64,000 nt of DNA. Source: a virus. Each line of letters begins with the position of its first letter. Positions within the stretch are counted from its first letter, which is position 1. The position numbers and the translations under genes were made by a program. Where the stretch lies: positions 107,074-171,073 of the IMG/VR virus record IMGVR_UViG_3300050821_007134; one strand, written 5' to 3'. The notes under the pieces were generated by a model that was not told the origin of the DNA, did no database searches, and saw only the letters and a list, made by a program, of their open reading frames with translations. Below are positions 57,678 to 64,000 of this stretch, piece by piece.

Positions 57678-58112
57678 ATGTATTCGAAAATTATTTTACT
57701 GGCCGCAAAAAAGGCCGCAGTCTCAGGTGCTCTTTTGTTGGCAATTTGCTCACATGAAAGCCATCTTAAAAATGTGGCCGTAATGGATGGGAAAACTTTA
57801 AGTTATGGAATTTGTCAGGTAAAACTCGCCACAGCTCAACAAATGGGTTTTAAGGATGCTCCCGAACGTCTGATGATCCCAAAAGAGAATGCTAAGTGGG
57901 CAGCCAAGTATCTTAAGTTTCAGCTTAAACGATACCATGGAAATAACTGTAAAGCCGTAGCGGCCTACAATTCCGGGACCTTCCGAGAAAGTATGTATTA
58001 CCCCGGTATGCCCCGCAATATAAAATATATTCAGTGCGTCAAAGAAAAAATGCCCCCAAGACTTAGTGACAATATAACCTGCTTTCAGGTAAAATACGCA
58101 GAAGCAAGATGA
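57678..58112 (+). CDS. Lytic transglycosylase (SLT/GH23), candidate endolysin
   Basis: AICSHES (catalytic Glu), SYGICQVK, AVAAYNSG; ATG 57678 after GGAGG. Confidence 0.85.
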   Translation: MYSKIILLAAKKAAVSGALLLAICSHESHLKNVAVMDGKTLSYGICQVKLATAQQMGFKDAPERLMIPKENAKWAAKYLKFQLKRYHGNNCKAVAAYNSGTFRESMYYPGMPRNIKYIQCVKEKMPPRLSDNITCFQVKYAEAR

Positions 58113-58288
58113 GTTTAAAAAGAGCCAAAGAACAACAGAAGTACGAAACCAATCCGACGGTTGATAACCGCCTTCGCAGGGGTTTACTCCGTTGTTCTCT
58201 TTGTCCTCCTAATAAACATGAAAATCAAAAATGCCATAAAAAGCATGGTGTCAAAAAGCCAAAATACAAAAACAAAAGGCGAAAATGA
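58109..58288 (+). CDS. Small basic Cys protein, 59 aa (...RCSLCPPNKHEN...KKPKYKNKRRK)
   Basis: ATGA overlaps at both ends; not in track. Confidence 0.6.
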   Translation: MSLKRAKEQQKYETNPTVDNRLRRGLLRCSLCPPNKHENQKCHKKHGVKKPKYKNKRRK

Positions 58289-58902
58289 ACGTAACCTCTC
58301 TTGACCTAGAAATGAACAAACCAAGCGGAAAGATCATCCAAATCGGGGCCGCAGCCTATAAAGCTCGCACGGGCGAACTCATTGAAACATTCATGACTTG
58401 CGTCAATCCAAATGAACCGATTGACCCCTATATTACAGAACTAACCGGAATCACCGACGCTGACGTTAAGAATGCTCCGCAGATCCTAGAAGCTTATCGA
58501 ATGATTGAAGCTTTCCATAAAAAGCACAAATGCTTCATGAACCCTATCGTTTGGGGAAGCGGTCGAAGTAACGACAGTCTTTGGCTTTACGATGAGGCTA
58601 AACCATTTATCGGTGGAGAAGATAACTTCTTTGGTCATCGAGTCGTCGATGCAAAAGCTGTCTTTCAAAGTCTCGCTATGGTCAAAAATGTAGGTGTAAA
58701 GGCAGGCGTGGCTAAGGCTTGCAGTAAGCTCGGTCTTGGATGGAATTGTACTTACGGACCCCCGCATAGGGCATTGGCCGATGCATCAAATACTTTTAGA
58801 ATTTGGTTTCATTTAGTCAGTAGGTTAGGTAATCAGTTTACTTTAAACTTAGGACCTGTCGAGAGCGAACAAGGGAACAATTCCAGCAAAGTCAAAATTT
58901 AA
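58285..58902 (+). CDS. DEDDh 3'-5' exonuclease (KapD/ERI-like)
   Basis: LDLEMN, IIQIGA, LTGIT, WGSG..D, HRALADA. Confidence 0.85.
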   Translation: MNVTSLDLEMNKPSGKIIQIGAAAYKARTGELIETFMTCVNPNEPIDPYITELTGITDADVKNAPQILEAYRMIEAFHKKHKCFMNPIVWGSGRSNDSLWLYDEAKPFIGGEDNFFGHRVVDAKAVFQSLAMVKNVGVKAGVAKACSKLGLGWNCTYGPPHRALADASNTFRIWFHLVSRLGNQFTLNLGPVESEQGNNSSKVKI

Positions 58903-59274
58903 GGTGTAGACACCTTTGGCTGGAGCTGTATGGCTTTCTCTTATGACCTTAGCTCTTGGAATAAAAACAATATCTTCACCACTAGATCTATCAGTCACTC
59001 TAATCGAGATGTAGGGCGAAGCTGCGAAATCTTGGAATAAGGGTCTAATATTGGCAGCCTGAAGTCCACCTGAAAACTTAATTCTAATTCCACTTATAGA
59101 ACCTCGAACACTCACATGTCCGGGCGCGATCTCCTGAGCATATGGGGAATCAATCCCATAAATCTCATTCTCGCCGTAATCTACATTCAACGAGAAAGTC
59201 CTAATAACATTGTAGGCCTTGTTGTTGATATAAATTTTTATCAATGCGCCTGTAAGAACCAATGATTGTGCCAT
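58849..59274 (-). CDS. Tail-tube-like protein, 141 aa
   Basis: LTGALIKIYIN...EIYGIDSPYAQEIAP..V.GS all-beta pattern; TAATG-coupled start at 59274. Confidence 0.5.
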   Translation of the reverse strand: MAQSLVLTGALIKIYINNKAYNVIRTFSLNVDYGENEIYGIDSPYAQEIAPGHVSVRGSISGIRIKFSGGLQAANIRPLFQDFAASPYISIRVTDRSSGEDIVFIPRAKVIRESHTAPAKGVYTLNFDFAGIVPLFALDRS

Positions 59275-61199
59275 TACGGACCCCAAATCGTAGAGATTTC
59301 AGAATTGGCAGTGCCCCATTCGCCAAGTCCAATATCATTAGGATACAGAATAGTGAAAACAATCGTGATACCGGTTGCTGCAACACTATTGATCAAATCT
59401 TGCGCGTAAATACGGCCACTCACAACATCCGTTAGATAGAAAGGATAATTCGTTCCATCTTGAGTCAATCTAACTGGAGATTTTTGTGCCACGAGAGCAA
59501 CATCTGTTCCAAGAGGATGAACATTCTGAATTGTATAGGCGGGGCTGATCAATAAAGTTGTATTAGAAGGTCTCGAAATATAAGGAATCGGGCCTTCTTG
59601 ATGGCTAGTGCCATATCCTAAAACAATGTATCCCAATGCATCTGGGAACTTAGAGGCATCCTTTACAGTGATAATTCTAGGCGAAGCTGTATTAAGATTT
59701 TGACTCAACAGTGTACCCGTACTACTTATGACAAATGGTTGAGACAAATCATATGCGTAGGGTCCTGGTTGATTGGGTAATAAAGAGGTATTATCGCCAA
59801 GAGGCCCGCTCGCAACTACATTGTCTGAACCCGTATAGGACATGACTAAAGTGTTATTTATGGAATTGTTTAAAACCAAAACTGTGTCGAGAATATCGTC
59901 AATATTATCAGAATCAGATCCAGTATTTGCTATAGCTACTATGTTTGCAGACAAAGCATTAATTGCTGCCACTAGATTATTAACAGTAGTTGGAATATCT
60001 GAACCAATGACAAAGTCCGCCCCAGCTACCAAACTAATCGTAGTCGTAATTTGGAACCTATCTCCAGAACTTGGCTGTTGGAAAAATTTAAAAGTTCCTT
60101 GCGGATCATAATGAATATGAGCAGAACCGATTCTACTTCTTCGAATAACCTTAGTAGATGCGGGAAGAAATATCTGAAGCATTCTTGATTGAACTTGATA
60201 AATGGCCGCATAAGAATGTCTACTATTTAAAGTTTGTTTTGTAGGATTGTAAAACAAAACTGCTGAAGTAGATCCCTGAGTAAATGTGCCGGATACTCCT
60301 AGAGGATTTAGTACTTCAAAATAAGATGCGCCTGCAATTCCACCGACAGAATTGGTGATTGTGTAACTTCCAGAATTAGGAGAGCCCGTGAATCCTCCGC
60401 CAAAAATATTTACATAATTCCCAGCTTGAACTTTACCCAAATTAGGGTTAGCTCCACCAGTCCATGTAAAACGAATAACTCCACCAGGCTGTAAGGAAGT
60501 GGTCCATTGAGTAGATCCGTTACCTCCGGCGGGAACAGCCGTAGGGAATACTAGAACATTTTGTGCGCTTCCACCTTCGATAGTTACCGAAGATGCTGGT
60601 CCAATAGTATCACTTAAAATTTCAACATATGGTCCGTTCCCATCGTTTTTCATGATGGCGGTGCCACCAAATCCAAGATTTCTTAGTTCGGTAACAATTG
60701 CATCGGCTACTTCTTGTGCTTTTGCCATTGCAATATTTTGAAATTGAGATGCGTGAAATGTAACTGTAACAGTAGTGCTTTCATCAAAATTGATAGTTAG
60801 GGTATCACCATCGGTTAAGTGATAAGGCTCAAACATAGTGGAAGACACACTCGCACGAACAAATTCGTCGCCAAAAACAGCGTCCAAAATATCATTCATG
60901 AGGTCTCTGACTTGTTTTCTATTTTTTACTGCGATACCGATTTGTCTAAAAACATCGTCTGATAAACCAACATTAGATGGTCTAACAATACCCGATTTGG
61001 CAAGTAAGGCGTCCAAATATTGAGCGGAAGCTGTAGCAATATATAGTTGGTCATTCACTGCCCTGACATTATTGATCAAATAGGCAGCGTTACCAGACGC
61101 TAAGGCCGTAAGAACGGCATCAACATTGGGACCTTTTATGTAAGGGTTAAGATATGACCGAAGTCTTGCATATTGTTCGGCTACCGTCGTTATCGCCAC
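59274..61199 (-). CDS. Baseplate wedge protein
   Basis: QLYIATASAQYLDAL...GI.RP...LSDDVFR motif; directly downstream of the baseplate-J-like gene. Confidence 0.65.
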   Translation of the reverse strand: MAITTVAEQYARLRSYLNPYIKGPNVDAVLTALASGNAAYLINNVRAVNDQLYIATASAQYLDALLAKSGIVRPSNVGLSDDVFRQIGIAVKNRKQVRDLMNDILDAVFGDEFVRASVSSTMFEPYHLTDGDTLTINFDESTTVTVTFHASQFQNIAMAKAQEVADAIVTELRNLGFGGTAIMKNDGNGPYVEILSDTIGPASSVTIEGGSAQNVLVFPTAVPAGGNGSTQWTTSLQPGGVIRFTWTGGANPNLGKVQAGNYVNIFGGGFTGSPNSGSYTITNSVGGIAGASYFEVLNPLGVSGTFTQGSTSAVLFYNPTKQTLNSRHSYAAIYQVQSRMLQIFLPASTKVIRRSRIGSAHIHYDPQGTFKFFQQPSSGDRFQITTTISLVAGADFVIGSDIPTTVNNLVAAINALSANIVAIANTGSDSDNIDDILDTVLVLNNSINNTLVMSYTGSDNVVASGPLGDNTSLLPNQPGPYAYDLSQPFVISSTGTLLSQNLNTASPRIITVKDASKFPDALGYIVLGYGTSHQEGPIPYISRPSNTTLLISPAYTIQNVHPLGTDVALVAQKSPVRLTQDGTNYPFYLTDVVSGRIYAQDLINSVAATGITIVFTILYPNDIGLGEWGTANSEISTIWGP

Positions 61200-61201
61200 G
61201 T

Positions 61202-64000
61202 TTACGATCCAATCTGAGAAACTGAGATATCCGTAGTAGGATCTAGGATTCTGGCTTTCTCGCTTGGAGCAACAAAAATTAGATCATGTGTTGCATCGTA
61301 TTGAGGACTGCTTATAGCCATGGCGTATACGCCAGGTATTGCATTAACGGCTGAAACGATAGCGCTGATTGCAATCGACTGGCCAACTGGATTGGAATTG
61401 ATTAACGAACTCACGCTACTTCTAACCTGAGTAATGATTTGAGAGAATGCTACGCCCGTGAGGAGTCTTACGACAATACCAACTTGAACTCGTAATGTTA
61501 AAGATTCTTGAACAAAAATTTCTGCACCTGCGGCACCGACGCCGGGATATGTAATTGGATCTCTTGGATCTCCATAAATAATACGGTTCGCTTCTGCGAT
61601 TAAACCAGTGTTGTATCGATAGCTGTCTAATCCCATTCTGATTACAGTGCTAAAATTTTCTTTCCCTAAAGAAACCATTTGAACACCAGCTGATTGATCG
61701 ATCTTTTCATATTGTGCATTTGTATCGAATACGATACTGGTTCTGGTAGGAGCGCCTGGCTGGCCAGCGATTAAGAATGCATGTTTATAGCCAGTGTATG
61801 GGACCCCTTCGGTAACAAAAACTGCACTTTCACTGCCAGTCAAGTTAACATTGTTTGCATTTGCTAATGAAGCATTGACGATTACATTATTTTGATCAAT
61901 AACTTTTGAAATTACCCAGCTTCCTTGATTGGAAGCGCCAAGAACATTGGAAGTAATTGTGAACAAATCGCCTGGAACAGTAGCTTCGTATTCGAAAAAT
62001 TGAAGTTGGGGTCTATGAACAGTCAAGAAACTAGACGTAACAAAAACAGCCGATTGAGGAACAAATGATGCATTATCCACATTTATAAAAGCTCTTCTTC
62101 CTGCCTGTGTTATTGTAATTGAGAAGGGAGAAGGAACGTTAAAATTGCTTGCATGAGTTGTTTCGATAAATCCCGTAGTTGCAATATTTACTAAATTGCT
62201 TAATGAAGAAGCCGTGAAGTCTCCAGCGAAACCATTGATCGCAGATGCAGTTTTGGTAGCTACTTGAGATGAATTATCGCCGCTCAAAATAGCGACCATA
62301 ATACCAGACGTGTAACCTCCAGGAGCGGGATCTGTGTTAGTTCCGTTTACATTGTACCAAACATAGTCTTTATGTACGTTTCCTGCGCTGAATAAGGTAA
62401 AATATGTACCTGCGCCAGATGGCAAGAATCCAGAACCGGCGGGAACAACTAGTTGAGTTAATTCTTGAAGTTTTCCACCAGTGCCAACAACCATAAAAGA
62501 TCCCTGGTTTGCAGAGGCGAAATCTGTACCAAAATTTACGATATCTCCAACTTGAACGTTTGTAAAAGTAGGTTCTGTTCCTACGCCATTCCAGCTAAGG
62601 TGCTCGACGTTATTTAGAGAACTTATATTAAATGAGGTTGAACTATCAAATACAATACTAACAGGATTGAAAGGTAAACTTACTTCTTCTTCAATAACAT
62701 CTGGATTTTCAAACCATACACTGTTGTTGTATTCTCGAATGACTCTGAATTCCCCTTGATTCAAGATATTGAATGGGGCTCCTACGGTCATTGTATCGCC
62801 TTCTTGAACACTAACTATCGATGAGAAATCTCCTGGATCAAAAGAATCGCCCATTAAGGATGATCCACTAGTCGTAACGACTGGAGTTCCGCTATAAGCT
62901 AGAGCGATTGAGGCTGAAACAGAAGTGGCAGTTATTGTAACGACACTGCCTGAAGCTGATGCTGTCACTCCTGGAACTGTGCCGATAACGGCGGCTAAAT
63001 TGAAAGCTGTGATTTGTTGTGTTGCCCCGATAGGGAAATTGGTCCCCGCGACTAACACTGTTGATCCTACAGTAAAAGAATCTCCTGCGGTAGAATTTCC
63101 AGAGAAAGTAAATGTTCCGCTAGAAAATTCATTTTTGGCCAAAGGATTGAGAACTTCAACTGTTTTGCCATCTGCGGAAATACCGGTTACTAAGAAACTT
63201 CCATTGTTTGCAGAATTAGGAAGTCCAGAAACAGTTAAGATATCGCCGATAGACAATGCAACGAAACTAGCATTGCCTGATTCAATGATGTACTGAGAAT
63301 CATTTGAACTCGGTAGAGCAAAAACGTTTATCGTTCCGCCGCCGGGCGAGACGGGGAAAGCATTGATAGTTGTTGGTTGACTTAAAGTTATTGCAGCCGT
63401 AAGGGCAATTAAACTACCATTGACAATTCCGCCTAAGGTATTTGTGATACTCGCTTGAGCTATAATATTACCGTTGAAAGTTCCAGGAGATCCTGAATTA
63501 ATAGTTGCAGAGCTACCTACTACCCAATAAACGTTCTCGGCTGTCGCTCCGCCGGTTAAAGTTATTGTTGCAACGCCGCCAGCGCCAGTGACAAGTGTAC
63601 TTGAAGCTTGGAATATGTAAACACCGGCACCATTAAGAGTGAGAGTTCCAGGACCAGATTGGGCTAAATTAAATGTACCAGAGGCTTCTTTGTAAACCCC
63701 AGGCGTTAAAGTTTGTCCATCTAAAGTAGAAGGAATGGCCGTAGCGGTCATAGAATTCATGCTAGTGAAAGCTGCCAAAGCATCGTTTTGAGCCGTATGG
63801 GCCGCAGCATTACCTAAATTAGTCGCACCAGATACGGTGAAAGCTCCGGTCACTGTGCTTCCAGGATATTCTCCTAGATCGCCATTGACAATACTAGTCC
63901 CAACACTATTAGTGATAGCAGAAGCAGCTAAAAGACCATAAGAAGCTGCGGTTCCTAAGTTAGAACTTCCGCCTCCTCCGCCAGCATCATTAAAATTCAG
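61202..64000 (-). CDS. Baseplate-J-like wedge protein (5'-partial, at least 932 aa) with an inserted DUF3494 domain
   Basis: C-terminal VRSSVSSLINSNPVGQSIAISAIVSAVNAIPGV; frame is open to the window edge (LNFNDAGGGGGSSNLGT...). Confidence 0.75.
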   Translation of the reverse strand: MNFNDAGGGGGSSNLGTAASYGLLAASAITNSVGTSIVNGDLGEYPGSTVTGAFTVSGATNLGNAAAHTAQNDALAAFTSMNSMTATAIPSTLDGQTLTPGVYKEASGTFNLAQSGPGTLTLNGAGVYIFQASSTLVTGAGGVATITLTGGATAENVYWVVGSSATINSGSPGTFNGNIIAQASITNTLGGIVNGSLIALTAAITLSQPTTINAFPVSPGGGTINVFALPSSNDSQYIIESGNASFVALSIGDILTVSGLPNSANNGSFLVTGISADGKTVEVLNPLAKNEFSSGTFTFSGNSTAGDSFTVGSTVLVAGTNFPIGATQQITAFNLAAVIGTVPGVTASASGSVVTITATSVSASIALAYSGTPVVTTSGSSLMGDSFDPGDFSSIVSVQEGDTMTVGAPFNILNQGEFRVIREYNNSVWFENPDVIEEEVSLPFNPVSIVFDSSTSFNISSLNNVEHLSWNGVGTEPTFTNVQVGDIVNFGTDFASANQGSFMVVGTGGKLQELTQLVVPAGSGFLPSGAGTYFTLFSAGNVHKDYVWYNVNGTNTDPAPGGYTSGIMVAILSGDNSSQVATKTASAINGFAGDFTASSLSNLVNIATTGFIETTHASNFNVPSPFSITITQAGRRAFINVDNASFVPQSAVFVTSSFLTVHRPQLQFFEYEATVPGDLFTITSNVLGASNQGSWVISKVIDQNNVIVNASLANANNVNLTGSESAVFVTEGVPYTGYKHAFLIAGQPGAPTRTSIVFDTNAQYEKIDQSAGVQMVSLGKENFSTVIRMGLDSYRYNTGLIAEANRIIYGDPRDPITYPGVGAAGAEIFVQESLTLRVQVGIVVRLLTGVAFSQIITQVRSSVSSLINSNPVGQSIAISAIVSAVNAIPGVYAMAISSPQYDATHDLIFVAPSEKARILDPTTDISVSQIGS
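63353..63961 (-). other. DUF3494 ice-binding-like beta-solenoid domain, copy 2
   Basis: NLGTAASYGLLAASAITN..VNGDLG..GQTLTPGVY..VYIFQ..ENVYWVVGSSATI..FNGNIIAQASIT..VNGSLIALTAAITL. Confidence 0.88.

Noticed and set aside
1-64000. Stop-codon reassignment
   Set aside because: Conserved genes are full length in the standard code, and TAA, TGA and TAG all terminate tightly packed genes
1-64000. CRISPR array, tRNA or rRNA genes
   Set aside because: No repeat-spacer series or tRNA-like arms seen; nearly all gaps are explained by small ORFs (by eye only)

Overview
This is a 64-kb segment of a large, probably lytic, tailed dsDNA phage with a contractile-type baseplate. It uses the standard genetic code and is almost fully coding, with many ATGA/TAATG-coupled genes. 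I saw no tRNA, rRNA, CRISPR array, integrase or transposase. Block 1 (1-2672, minus): a GroEL-like chaperonin and small ORFs. Block 2 (2731-41503, plus): a replication, recombination and transcription arm. It encodes an SF2 helicase, a sigma70-like factor lacking region 4.2, a GroES-like candidate, SbcD/SbcC, RuvC, a metallophosphoesterase, RNase H, a DEDDh exonuclease, DnaE, a gp32-like SSB, UvsY- and RecA-like proteins, a DnaB-like helicase, a primase, two ClpP-like proteases, a subtilase, a CYTH protein and a PLP aminotransferase. Block 3 (41483-64000, mostly minus): a tail fibre/baseplate module interrupted by a small plus-strand island (SLT transglycosylase, exonuclease). The most striking observation is that two separate virion proteins, a 2287-aa tail fibre-like protein and the baseplate-J-like protein, each carry an in-frame, linker-flanked DUF3494 (ice-binding protein) beta-solenoid. 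This suggests a virion that displays ice-binding or surface-adhesion domains. Secondary leads are a possible split-sigma late transcription system with an AATCTT motif, a palindromic bidirectional promoter, iteron-like repeats inside RNase H, exported proteases and modular shuffling among fibre genes. All family calls come from motif recognition by eye; no searches were run.
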